DNA of 64,000 nucleotides from positions 32,001-96,000 of IMG/VR virus record IMGVR_UViG_3300027749_000060; one strand, 5' to 3'. Shown here piece by piece: positions 49,361 through 58,049 of the stretch. The translations under genes were made by a program, and so were the position numbers. Position 1 is the first letter of the stretch, and each line of letters starts with the position of its first letter. The DNA is from a virus. The notes beneath the pieces were generated by a model, which saw only the letters and a list, made by a program, of their open reading frames with translations, was not told the DNA's origin and ran no database searches.

Positions 49361-50704
49361 ATGGGCTACAGTGCAAGTATTAGAGAAAATCAATTCCAAG
49401 TTTTTTGGGAAATACGAACAGCAAATGTACCAAACGGTACAACTCTATACTGGACACTAGGACTGGCCGAAGGCGGCAGCCCTGGTGTCACTCCAGCCGA
49501 TTTTGGCCTAGCACAAAATTGGGGCACTGTAATTATCAATGACAACTTTAGTAATTTTACGCTGCGAGGAGTTGAAGACCAAGTATACGAAGGCCCAGAG
49601 TTTTTCATACTACAATTAAGAACAGGTAGCCAATATGGTCCTGTTATTGCAACTAGTAATTACATACAAATTGTTGATACTAGCACTAGTGTCCCGGTAG
49701 CACCACCATATTACCCACCACCATATTACCCACCACCACCACCACCACCACCCGATACACCACCACCACCACCATATTACCCACCACCATATTACCCACC
49801 ACCTGAAACACCACCATATTACCCGCCAGTACCACCTCCACCTCCGCCACCTCCACCACCTCCAGCACCTCCTGCGGTTGCCCCTACTCCTACATATCGT
49901 TTGTCAGTATCTCCTGTTACCGTAGCAGAAGGGGGTACACTCACTTACGTCTTAAATGGAACAAATGTTGTAAACGGTACATATTATTGGTTTGTTAATC
50001 ATACTGAGACTGTTCCGGCAAGTTTTGTATCCAGCTCTGGAGCGTTTGCTGTTACAAATAATTTGGGAAATTTTGAAGTGACTGCTTCGTATGATATCCC
50101 TACAACTCAAGCATTTACAGTAAGTGTATATCTGACCACTACTACCACCAGTAGTTTCAATGGGCTTTTCCAATATAGTTCTCCTAACGTATTGACAACT
50201 TCTGACACATGCTATGTAACACAAAGCGGCGGCAGCCTCGGCGGCGGCGGCGGCGGCTTTGGTGGCGGCGGCGGTAGCGTTGCAGTTAATGCATATATGC
50301 CATATACAACTAAAAGAGCAGCTGAGATAGCTGTCGGTGATCCATTATTGTTGTTATCAATTGATAGACAAGGTACAATGCCGGGCACAACAATAAGTAA
50401 TAGAATTAGTCAACAGAATTTATTAACGCTAATCAGTGAGTCTGGTATTAGATTAACATTATCGGACAATACTCCGTTGACATTACCAAATGGTGCGTAT
50501 GTTAATAGTACACAGGCATTAGGCAATTATTTACCAGTGCAAGATGTAAATGGATTCCGTTGGGAACGAATTGTGGAAGTAGTTGATGCAGGACAAGGTC
50601 TTGTTGCTACAATAGCATGCAAAAATCAATGTTATGCAGCAGGTGACGAGCCAGATAGATTCATATGGACGCACAATGTCATGATGCAAATGGAAAAATA
50701 TTAA
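49361..50704 (+). CDS. Calx-like Ig protein with Pro-rich linker and C-terminal Hint domain
   Basis: Poly-Gly, then SVAVNAYM...EIAVGD...WTHN (50276-50677). Confidence 0.7.
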   Translation: MGYSASIRENQFQVFWEIRTANVPNGTTLYWTLGLAEGGSPGVTPADFGLAQNWGTVIINDNFSNFTLRGVEDQVYEGPEFFILQLRTGSQYGPVIATSNYIQIVDTSTSVPVAPPYYPPPYYPPPPPPPPDTPPPPPYYPPPYYPPPETPPYYPPVPPPPPPPPPPPAPPAVAPTPTYRLSVSPVTVAEGGTLTYVLNGTNVVNGTYYWFVNHTETVPASFVSSSGAFAVTNNLGNFEVTASYDIPTTQAFTVSVYLTTTTTSSFNGLFQYSSPNVLTTSDTCYVTQSGGSLGGGGGGFGGGGGSVAVNAYMPYTTKRAAEIAVGDPLLLLSIDRQGTMPGTTISNRISQQNLLTLISESGIRLTLSDNTPLTLPNGAYVNSTQALGNYLPVQDVNGFRWERIVEVVDAGQGLVATIACKNQCYAAGDEPDRFIWTHNVMMQMEKY

Positions 50705-50728
50705 AATAACAAATAGAGGAATATACAA

Positions 50729-51025
50729 ATGAACTATCACATTAGAGCATTCAATAAAGTGCTAGGCCACTTATATGTTGAATTTGAAGGATTCGGGAAT
50801 AAAGCAATCAATGTACCAATCAACGAGAATGGGCTTTATATAAACGGCACTGAGTTAGACGAATATATAAAAAACTTTATACCAGAATCTGAAGTTAAAA
50901 GACGAGCAGCACTGGAAGCTGGAATACCAAATTGGGAAGACATTCAGAGTTTAGTACCAGAACCGGATCAGCAAACTTTTGTAACAAATTCTAATCCAGT
51001 TATTGATACAGGTCCAGTTCAATAA
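50729..51025 (+). CDS. Small protein at the end of the fibre operon (possible assembly factor)
   Basis: 98 aa, GAGG SD, last gene on the + strand. Confidence 0.55.
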   Translation: MNYHIRAFNKVLGHLYVEFEGFGNKAINVPINENGLYINGTELDEYIKNFIPESEVKRRAALEAGIPNWEDIQSLVPEPDQQTFVTNSNPVIDTGPVQ

Positions 51026-51026
51026 T

Positions 51027-51269
51027 TTAAAGCCATCTTAGGCAAAAATAAGTTATATCCTCAGAGTGTAACTTAGCAATAACTTTAAAAGAATAATTGT
51101 AGTTGTTGGGGTCAATGGCTTGTTCCCATCTAGGCTTTTCCACAGCATGTCCCATAACCCATTGACCTGCTTCACTAGTCTCCCATTCGTATAGAGGCTC
51201 AGAGGCATACACACTAGGATCTTCTGCCCAAGCATCTACTAGAAATGTATGGACAACGATCTCTTGCAT
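51027..51269 (-). CDS. Hypothetical protein
   Basis: 80 aa, packed 3 nt after thyX. Confidence 0.6.
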   Translation of the reverse strand: MQEIVVHTFLVDAWAEDPSVYASEPLYEWETSEAGQWVMGHAVEKPRWEQAIDPNNYNYSFKVIAKLHSEDITYFCLRWL

Positions 51270-51272
51270 ATA

Positions 51273-51956
51273 TTATTCTGACACGTATTCTTCAGCCATC
51301 GGGAATATAGCAGCAATGGCTTTAGCACAGGCCAATGCCACAAGTTGATGTTCTTTTTGTGTACCATTTGCACTACGTAGTTCTATAAAGTGAACCCAGC
51401 TACGTAATGTGCCATTCATATATAAACGGCTAACAGTATTACCTTCGGGCAGTATAGCTCTAGCCTGCTCTTTAGCAATACCTTGGTCTATTGCCCATGA
51501 ATAATGCTCATGTACTAGATCTATTACCTCTTGCTGTCTACGGTTCCACTCGGCAGTAATACCCTGTTGTTTTGCATCATTAGCATCAATTTCTATGCTG
51601 TTTTGTCTATTCTTGGTATCCTGTAAGCGTGCCTCTCTAAGAACAAAGCTAAGATCCTTAGTAGGGTCTGCATAGCGTTGACTAAACTCTTGGAAACTAA
51701 AACTACGGTGCCTGAGAATTTGACGTGCAATATCCCGTGTGGTTTCAATTTCTACACAAGCCGAAACCATTTCGAGTGGACTCCAATGTGCGTGTTTAAC
51801 CAGGTACCGAATAAGTTTCTCACTAGATTCAGTATTGAATTGATTAGACGGATTGCTTACACGAGCACAGTAGGCAATTAGCTCTTGTGCATCGTTAATA
51901 CCTTGTTGTTGAAATTCAGTCGTAGGTTGTGAGAATGAAACTAAAGTTACGTTCAT
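51273..51956 (-). CDS. thyX: Flavin-dependent thymidylate synthase
   Basis: HWSPLE, RQILRHRSFSFQEFSQRY, EQARAILP. Confidence 0.96.
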   Translation of the reverse strand: MNVTLVSFSQPTTEFQQQGINDAQELIAYCARVSNPSNQFNTESSEKLIRYLVKHAHWSPLEMVSACVEIETTRDIARQILRHRSFSFQEFSQRYADPTKDLSFVLREARLQDTKNRQNSIEIDANDAKQQGITAEWNRRQQEVIDLVHEHYSWAIDQGIAKEQARAILPEGNTVSRLYMNGTLRSWVHFIELRSANGTQKEHQLVALACAKAIAAIFPMAEEYVSE

Positions 51957-52294
51957 AGGTCTTTAAGTATTTGGTCGGTTATGGGTTGAATGGCTTTTGC
52001 AACATCGTCGACATCAACATAAAAGTCAACATCAACAATAATATGATCCAAGGCTGTTAACCGTGAATCTAACATTTCTTCAATCGCGCTAGGATCGTTT
52101 CCCTCGTCGATCAATTCTTTAACATCGATATTAACTACAGTTCCATCTATTAGATTTACATTAAGCGACCGAAGTAACGTAATAGGAATTTCATTTTTTT
52201 CTACATCTTTAAGAATTTTTTTCCATTGATCTCGAGGAGAAACATTAATCTTTTTTAGCTTTGACCGCGGGTTTTTTCTTGGTTGGGGTGACAT
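51953..52294 (-). CDS. Hypothetical protein
   Basis: 113 aa; ATGA overlap with thyX; start uncertain. Confidence 0.6.
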   Translation of the reverse strand: MSPQPRKNPRSKLKKINVSPRDQWKKILKDVEKNEIPITLLRSLNVNLIDGTVVNIDVKELIDEGNDPSAIEEMLDSRLTALDHIIVDVDFYVDVDDVAKAIQPITDQILKDL

Positions 52295-52919
52295 TTTTTG
52301 CAGTTATAGGGTCGAGCGCAGCGGCTTCTGTTAACAGACGATCGGCTTCTTTTAAAAGTTGCTCGGCATTGGCTTTCATAGTCTCGGCTTGTTTGATTCG
52401 GTCTTTGGCTAAATCGGCATCACTTAACACTTGGTCTACTGGTGCTTGAATAGAAGCAGGAATGGATCTACTAGAGCTAGGGACTCCTACTTCTCTTGGT
52501 TCTGGTTTACGCTTCTTACCAGACATTCCACGATCCGCATCTAACTCAGCAAGACGCTTAATTGCACTTTCGCCTTGTGCCATTTCATTTAAGATTGTAT
52601 TCATTTCATCTAAACGAACAGAGCTAGTGCTATTAGGTGTTAGTATAACTTGATTGGTTGGGATTTTTTTAAGTAATCCGTTTTTATGTAATGCTTCCAG
52701 ACAATTAGTTCCATCAGACATTAGATTTCTAAATAAGACATCTGACAAACTTTCGGCTGCTTGACCCGGCGCACTTTCTAAAACCGACATTACTGTGTCG
52801 TGATACATTCTTGGAAGTAAATCACTATATGCAACTAAGCACATATGATCTTCTCCGGGAAGGGTTCTAAATATTAATACAATTTTTTTGTTGTTATGTT
52901 TGCCAATATGTTTATACAT
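52245..52919 (-). CDS. Hypothetical protein
   Basis: 224 aa with AAGGA SD and a basic C-terminal tail. Confidence 0.7.
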   Translation of the reverse strand: MYKHIGKHNNKKIVLIFRTLPGEDHMCLVAYSDLLPRMYHDTVMSVLESAPGQAAESLSDVLFRNLMSDGTNCLEALHKNGLLKKIPTNQVILTPNSTSSVRLDEMNTILNEMAQGESAIKRLAELDADRGMSGKKRKPEPREVGVPSSSRSIPASIQAPVDQVLSDADLAKDRIKQAETMKANAEQLLKEADRLLTEAAALDPITAKNVTPTKKKPAVKAKKD

Positions 52920-52930
52920 AATAATTTCCT

Positions 52931-53161
52931 TTAAGTGGTGCTATCGTTTGTTTCGTCATTTTTGGCTGCATTAGCTGCATTAACAAAAGTTGTAATACGA
53001 TCGTATACTGCGCCCACACTTGAAAGTTCGTCCGGTTTCCAGGCGCCTCTTTTTGTTACAGTTTCTATAATCTGTAACATTATGTTTAAGTCGTTTAAAC
53101 TTAATGTTGGTGTTGTGTTTGACGGAATCTCGCTAGATTCAGTATTTGAAACTTCAGACAT
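52931..53161 (-). CDS. Hypothetical protein
   Basis: 76 aa, GGAG SD, TAAATA at 53186-53191. Confidence 0.7.
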   Translation of the reverse strand: MSEVSNTESSEIPSNTTPTLSLNDLNIMLQIIETVTKRGAWKPDELSSVGAVYDRITTFVNAANAAKNDETNDSTT

Positions 53162-53219
53162 AAATTGATTCTCCGATGATACACTTATTTAATAGTAATG
53201 GTCATCGGCCAATAAATTT

Positions 53220-53528
53220 TTATAATTTAAAACTATTAATGTCTGACAGCACCAATGCAAAATACGATGCTTCGCTATGTATCTCAAATCCGGCACGTTT
53301 ACGCATAGAAAATCCACTGCTACCTTCAGCAATAGATACCACATCACCAAAATAAAACCTACCTTCAAGATTTTCAAATATCCAATTGACTATCTGACTA
53401 GCAGGCCCGGTTAGATCAAAGTCCACCGCAAAAAAATGTGGCGGGCAATGATCTAATTTACGTAATCCGTGTACGTTTAACGGATTAATCTGGAATGACT
53501 GTAGTGATTGTAACGTCATTAAAAACAA
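53220..53528 (-). CDS. Hypothetical protein
   Basis: ~100 aa, operon-consistent; start uncertain. Confidence 0.6.
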   Translation of the reverse strand: MFLMTLQSLQSFQINPLNVHGLRKLDHCPPHFFAVDFDLTGPASQIVNWIFENLEGRFYFGDVVSIAEGSSGFSMRKRAGFEIHSEASYFALVLSDINSFKL

Positions 53529-53754
53529 TTTCGTTGGCCAGATCTTCTAAATCTAATCGATCTTTAAGATACTCGTTTGCAGTTTCGACAAAACTATTTA
53601 ATAGATGTGGCTGACTTGTCATGATTGAAATCTCAGCTGAGCGAGCCAAATCATCCAAGTAACGCTCACAATCTAGTAACTTAATTTGTAAGTCTGTAAT
53701 TACTTGACGAGCTTGTTTAAGACGTTTTACAGAGTCTGGATTTACAATTTTCAT
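53485..53754 (-). CDS. Hypothetical coiled-coil protein
   Basis: 89 aa; ATGA overlap with the VWA gene. Confidence 0.6.
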   Translation of the reverse strand: MKIVNPDSVKRLKQARQVITDLQIKLLDCERYLDDLARSAEISIMTSQPHLLNSFVETANEYLKDRLDLEDLANEIVFNDVTITTVIPD

Positions 53755-55010
53755 TTGACTGCATCCTCGTAGTGAGCCCAGATACCAAACGGTGGTTGAG
53801 CAGATTCATTACCTTTAATAATCCAAACGGTGTCGCAGTAGTTGGCATCACCCCAAGACCCATTTGGGTAACCGTCAGTGAACACAACCAACTTCTTAGG
53901 CTCAATTCCGTTCTCTTTCATGAATTCAAAATTGGCTTCGAACAAAGTGCCACCGCCGCCTGCTGGCTCGTACTCGGAAATTTGTTTCATGTTGTCTTGT
54001 GTGAATTCTTGCATGTTATGAACATCAGTATCAAAACACCACACTTTAATTTTGTAGTCGGTATAAGAATCCATAATGCCTTGGATTTCTCCTAAGAATA
54101 TTTTAAGTTCTTCGTTACCAATGCTACCTGAAGTATCAATGGCTACACAGATATCAACAGTTTCTCCATACTTGGTACCTGGCAGGATAGCATCCATATG
54201 CCAGCCTCTGCGGTTAACTCGCATGAAGCTGTAGTCATCTTTGATTGTACTTTGAATCTGTTGCAACAACAATTCGCGCCAGTCAATAACCGACTCAGTC
54301 ATATCTTTAATTAGACGCTTGACACCATCGGGCAAATCATTAGAACCAGCGGCCTGTGCAGCCTGCAATACTGCTTCTTTGATTTCGTCACGCAAGGCTT
54401 TACGTTCGTCTTTGCTCAGTTTAGGCCGACCGTTGCCATCGCCGTCTTGATCACCATCACCATTGCCATCACTGTCATCTTCGTCTAGATGCTCGTCTAG
54501 CATTTGATCAATCAATTTTTTAATGTCAATCTTTTTAGCATTCTTATACAAGTCGTCGTAGACTTCTTCGTAGCTCATGCCGCGATACTTACGATCTAGT
54601 AGAATTGGAACAGTGGTAATCTTCTGACCAATATTGTGATCTACTAGATCTTGATTAACGCAATAGTCGGCAGCAATGTTACTAAGCACCGGGTCACGAT
54701 TTTCACGACGTCCTAAATGATCATATACCACATGCAACACTTCATGCCCAAACAAGAACTCGCATTCTTTTAAACTTAGACGATTAATGAATTCGCTATT
54801 GTACCAAAAATTACGTCCGTCGGTAGCGGCAGTAGAGCACCAGCTATCGCCGTTAATTAGTTTTAACCGAGTTGCCAAGTTACCAAAAAACCCAGCTCGC
54901 AATAACAAACCTACACGAGCTGTAATAAGTTTTTCGCGGGCAATTGCATCAATTTTAGGATTGGTAACTGTAACGACTTTTTGTTTTTCTGCTAGGGTAG
55001 TGTCAGACAT
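53751..55010 (-). CDS. HExxH metallopeptidase-like plus VWA domain protein (DUF2201-type)
   Basis: TAATDG, HEVLH, MIDAS DTSGS, GGGGT, FTDG. Confidence 0.88.
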   Translation of the reverse strand: MSDTTLAEKQKVVTVTNPKIDAIAREKLITARVGLLLRAGFFGNLATRLKLINGDSWCSTAATDGRNFWYNSEFINRLSLKECEFLFGHEVLHVVYDHLGRRENRDPVLSNIAADYCVNQDLVDHNIGQKITTVPILLDRKYRGMSYEEVYDDLYKNAKKIDIKKLIDQMLDEHLDEDDSDGNGDGDQDGDGNGRPKLSKDERKALRDEIKEAVLQAAQAAGSNDLPDGVKRLIKDMTESVIDWRELLLQQIQSTIKDDYSFMRVNRRGWHMDAILPGTKYGETVDICVAIDTSGSIGNEELKIFLGEIQGIMDSYTDYKIKVWCFDTDVHNMQEFTQDNMKQISEYEPAGGGGTLFEANFEFMKENGIEPKKLVVFTDGYPNGSWGDANYCDTVWIIKGNESAQPPFGIWAHYEDAVK

Positions 55011-55032
55011 AATATATCCTGGTTAAAATTGT

Positions 55033-55061
55033 ATTATACATTATTCTTATCCGTTTGTCAA
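55033..55061 (-). promoter_or_regulatory. Consensus sigma70 promoter
   Basis: TTGACA-17-TATAAT, exact. Confidence 0.85.
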
Positions 55062-55064
55062 GAT

Positions 55065-55089
55065 AAAAAAGAGGCTTGCGCCCCTTTTT
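55065..55089 (-). terminator. Rho-independent terminator after the AAA ATPase
   Basis: GGGGC-GCAA-GCCUC-UUUUUU on the - strand. Confidence 0.8.
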
Positions 55090-56189
55090 TATTTAACTGC
55101 GGCAACCACGTACTTACCAAAACGCTTATGGAACTCGTCAAAGTTCTTGATCTTGCCAGGCACAAACGGAATGCCGTATGTGGTAATAGCAATACGCGAT
55201 GCCATAACTACCAATTCAGTAGTGAAATTATCCATGATGAAGCGGAAGAAATTATCCGTCATCTTAGTCCACTCTTCTGACTTTGGACCCAGTTTATCAA
55301 AAGAATCTTTGAGTTCATAGCATAAGCTGATAGTCAAAGAGTACATGGCACTGATCTCTTTAATTTTCAGTTCAGTGATACGACCTTTCAACACTTCAAC
55401 TGGGTCGGGCATCTGACCTGCTACTTTACGATGAGCCATAAACTTAACTGCAAGCCCTTCGCCTACTGCACCAGAGATCAAGTCAACAGTGCCAGAGTCC
55501 ATACCATCATCGTCGTCTAGCAGTTCGCTAACAAAGACCCACGAACGTGGTGTAGCAAAGGACCGTGTACTAGAGCGTGGGTCAAAGTCAAACAAGTCTT
55601 GTTTAGCAAAACTCAAGTAACCGACAACATCTTTATGGATCTTGTTGTTAACTGCCCATGTCTGCCAGGATTCAAAGTCTACTCGTAGTTCCATATGAAT
55701 GAAACGATTGCTCAATGGACTAGGCATACGGAAAGTAACGCCTTTATCGCTTTCGCGATTACCGGCCGCAACCATAACAACATTCTTAGGCAATACATAC
55801 TTGCCGATACGACGGTTTAGAATAAGTTGATAAGCCGCCGCCTGCACACTGGGAGCCGCTGAGTTTAGCTCATCAAGGAACAGAACAATAATAGGATACT
55901 GACTGGCCATTTCTTCATCGGGCAAATCAATAGGAGGAGCCCAATCCATTTTACTTTTTTCTTTGTTGAAGAAAGGAATGCCGCGCAGGTCAGTTGGATC
56001 CATCTGGCTTAGACGCAGATCAATCATATGCCCGCCCAAGTCTTCAGTAATGCCAGCTACCAGCTCGCTCTTACCAATTCCTGGGGGACCCCAAAAGAAC
56101 ACAGGTCGTTGTTTCTTAAAACAACGCATGAGACCACGACGTGCCTCAACTGGAGTAACTGTACGTGCATCTGAAATCTGAGTAGCCAT
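55089..56189 (-). CDS. MoxR-like AAA+ ATPase
   Basis: GPPGIGKS, LFLDELN, AAGNR, NRF, TPRSW. Confidence 0.9.
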   Translation of the reverse strand: MATQISDARTVTPVEARRGLMRCFKKQRPVFFWGPPGIGKSELVAGITEDLGGHMIDLRLSQMDPTDLRGIPFFNKEKSKMDWAPPIDLPDEEMASQYPIIVLFLDELNSAAPSVQAAAYQLILNRRIGKYVLPKNVVMVAAGNRESDKGVTFRMPSPLSNRFIHMELRVDFESWQTWAVNNKIHKDVVGYLSFAKQDLFDFDPRSSTRSFATPRSWVFVSELLDDDDGMDSGTVDLISGAVGEGLAVKFMAHRKVAGQMPDPVEVLKGRITELKIKEISAMYSLTISLCYELKDSFDKLGPKSEEWTKMTDNFFRFIMDNFTTELVVMASRIAITTYGIPFVPGKIKNFDEFHKRFGKYVVAAVK

Positions 56190-56217
56190 GATAACCTTTC
56201 AAGTTAAATAAAAATGT

Positions 56218-56266
56218 ATTATAGCATACAATCAATAACCCGCACAATTGTATGGGTATTGATTGT
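56218..56266 (-). promoter_or_regulatory. Extended -10 promoter overlapping a long inverted repeat
   Basis: TGcTATAAT at 56218-56226; inverted repeat acaatcaat-acccg...tgggt-attgattgt at 56228-56266. Confidence 0.6.
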
Positions 56267-56285
56267 GGTATTTTTGCAACACCTA

Positions 56286-56579
56286 TTAGGCTACTACAGC
56301 CTCATCCAAAACCAGCTCTAACATGCTGGCAGGAACTTTCCAAAGACCGTTGGTAGTTCGCACTGTGACGAACTTAATGGCAATTTTTTGAACAGTACCA
56401 CGTACTAACATTCCGCGCCTGGAGTCACGAAACTGTACAGTGTCGCCTAAGTCTAGAGCACGGCGATTCTGTTTTGTTAGTTGGGCACGGGCAAACTTAA
56501 CTGCATCAATAATGCTGGTCAGCTGATCGTTAGTAAAATCACCAAACATGATAGCGGTATTAATTTGAGTAATGTTCAT
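56286..56579 (-). CDS. Small hypothetical protein (possible SH3-like barrel)
   Basis: 97 aa, GGAG SD. Confidence 0.7.
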   Translation of the reverse strand: MNITQINTAIMFGDFTNDQLTSIIDAVKFARAQLTKQNRRALDLGDTVQFRDSRRGMLVRGTVQKIAIKFVTVRTTNGLWKVPASMLELVLDEAVVA

Positions 56580-56602
56580 AGTAGACTCCAGTTAGTTAAA
56601 GG

Positions 56603-56830
56603 TTAAACAGTTTCAATTTCAAGTTTAGTAACACGCATTGCCTTGAGATTTTGATGAGTGGCACACAGGCGAACTGAATAATCATGTCCGGCAATCTGAC
56701 CAACTAAGATATCAATCCAAGGAACAACTTGGTTGGCAGCGTTGAGGTTCAACGAAATGTTAGTGATAACACCTTCGAGAACGCCTGCACTAGAAGACCA
56801 AGTAACTGTATCGTTGACGTTAAGATTCAT
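56603..56830 (-). CDS. Small hypothetical protein
   Basis: 75 aa, GGAG SD. Confidence 0.7.
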   Translation of the reverse strand: MNLNVNDTVTWSSSAGVLEGVITNISLNLNAANQVVPWIDILVGQIAGHDYSVRLCATHQNLKAMRVTKLEIETV

Positions 56831-56853
56831 AATTAACTCCGTTCAGTTAAGGG

Positions 56854-56964
56854 TTAAACCAAAGTAGAAAGTTCAGGAAATACATTGGCCAGTAGCTCTG
56901 CAATAACATTCATACCCATGAACTTTGCTGTTATTACTAAAACTGCTGTTACTGCTATTTCCAT
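56854..56964 (-). CDS. 36-aa hydrophobic peptide
   Basis: MEIAVTAVLVITAKFMGMNVIAELLANVFPELSTLV*, first ORF after the promoter at 56996-57024. Confidence 0.45.
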   Translation of the reverse strand: MEIAVTAVLVITAKFMGMNVIAELLANVFPELSTLV

Positions 56965-56995
56965 CTCTATCCTGTTTGTTGCTGTCTATGTATGT

Positions 56996-57024
56996 ATTAT
57001 AGTGCCTTTCGGGCTAGCAGTCAA
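56996..57024 (-). promoter_or_regulatory. Sigma70 promoter
   Basis: TTGACT-17-TATAAT. Confidence 0.8.
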
Positions 57025-57071
57025 CCGTTTTTTATGGAATTTTTACGGATTTTTTGTTGTTTTTAAACAAC

Positions 57072-57096
57072 AAAGTGGGCCTAAAGCCCACTTTTT
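57072..57096. terminator. Probable terminator hairpin
   Basis: aaagtgggc-ctaaa-gcccacttt with T-rich flanks. Confidence 0.65.
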
Positions 57097-57116
57097 GCTG
57101 GTTTTTTCAGCAGTTT

Positions 57117-57389
57117 TTACTTTTTGCTAGTACCTTGGTTTACAAAACCGTACATTTTTTCAGCAGTTTCTAGCACTTTGTCCAGTCCCGGAAAAGTTGG
57201 CATTGCTACTGTACTGACAATTTGACCTGTCTTCTCGTCACGAGTAGCAGTCAATTCCCATCCTTGGAATTTAGCATGGAAATCGTCTTGTACCAGGCTT
57301 TTAGCCATGCCCAAGATATCAGTGCGGATTTCATACCCGTTTTTGTTGAATTTAATTTCTGGTGTTTTTGGTAGTTCAAATGTTGACAT
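57117..57389 (-). CDS. Small hypothetical protein
   Basis: 90 aa, AAGGAG SD. Confidence 0.75.
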   Translation of the reverse strand: MSTFELPKTPEIKFNKNGYEIRTDILGMAKSLVQDDFHAKFQGWELTATRDEKTGQIVSTVAMPTFPGLDKVLETAEKMYGFVNQGTSKK

Positions 57390-57390
57390 A

Positions 57391-57669
57391 TTATTCTCCT
57401 TGTGTGTTAATGTCTGTGTCGGCTGATTTTTTGACAGTCTTTGCCTTGACTGTTTTTTCCTCCGTTTGAGGATAGAAAACTTTACTCATTGAGTCAACGC
57501 TATAAGTGAGCATTTCGATTGTGTTGTTGACTATCATTTTACCAAATACTGTTTGAGCATCAATAAAATTATTTGCAACTTTATTCAGTCTATCGTCAGT
57601 GTAGACTTTGTTGGTCATCATTCTTTTAGATGACTGGAAGAGATCGATGTAAAAATCGGGTGTAAACAT
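57391..57669 (-). CDS. Small amphipathic helical protein (phasin-like, tentative)
   Basis: 92 aa; TAAATA at 57697-57702. Confidence 0.55.
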   Translation of the reverse strand: MFTPDFYIDLFQSSKRMMTNKVYTDDRLNKVANNFIDAQTVFGKMIVNNTIEMLTYSVDSMSKVFYPQTEEKTVKAKTVKKSADTDINTQGE

Positions 57670-57741
57670 AATTGTGTCCTTGTGTGTATGTTAACTTATT
57701 TATCTACTTAATGCAATAGCTAAACAGTTTTTTTTGGTGAA

Positions 57742-57876
57742 TTAAATCCACCCTTTAAAGTCTTCCATCATGAGCCTTTTAGCACCTACATGGTCGCCAC
57801 GTTGTGCAAGATGAGTAGCAGCACGGGCCTTGCCCATGTCGCCCAAAAAGTTATAAATTGATTTAAGTAATTTCAT
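57742..57876 (-). CDS. 44-aa peptide
   Basis: MKLLKSIYNFLGDMGKARAATHLAQRGDHVGAKRLMMEDFKGWI*; ATGA-coupled to the upstream ORF. Confidence 0.6.
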   Translation of the reverse strand: MKLLKSIYNFLGDMGKARAATHLAQRGDHVGAKRLMMEDFKGWI

Positions 57877-58049
57877 ATCCAACCCTTTCCTGCGTGATGC
57901 ATATCAAATTGGCGTGTAAGACGATCTACATCACATGTATTTTGTGGTGCGTGTCTGACAATGTATTCTTCTAATGCTGATCCGTAAGTTTGTGGCTTTT
58001 CAAATGCCTGAAACATCTTTTGGAAATAACCGGCTAGCTGGTTTAACAT
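57873..58049 (-). CDS. 58-aa protein (DUF3563-like, tentative)
   Basis: MLNQLAGYFQKMFQAFEKPQTYGSALEEYIVRHAPQNTCDVDRLTRQFDMHHAGKGWI*; AGGAG SD. Confidence 0.6.
   Translation of the reverse strand: MLNQLAGYFQKMFQAFEKPQTYGSALEEYIVRHAPQNTCDVDRLTRQFDMHHAGKGWI

Noticed and set aside
48470-49868. His-, Trp- or Val-rich alternative-frame ORFs
   Set aside because: Artefacts of the Pro/Gly codon repeats.
4302-49870. CRISPR array interpretation of the tandem repeats
   Set aside because: All repeats are in-frame coding repeats without unique spacers, and no cas genes are present.
50276-50677. Canonical splicing intein
   Set aside because: The +1 residue is Val and only 8 residues follow, so it is reported as a Hint processing domain instead.
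38349-50704. Diversity-generating retroelement acting on the fibre genes
   Set aside because: No reverse transcriptase in the window, and I saw no repeat pair differing only at adenines.
57055-57072. LexA box
   Set aside because: TGTTG-N8-CAACA does not match CTGT-N8-ACAG; kept only as an unknown palindrome.
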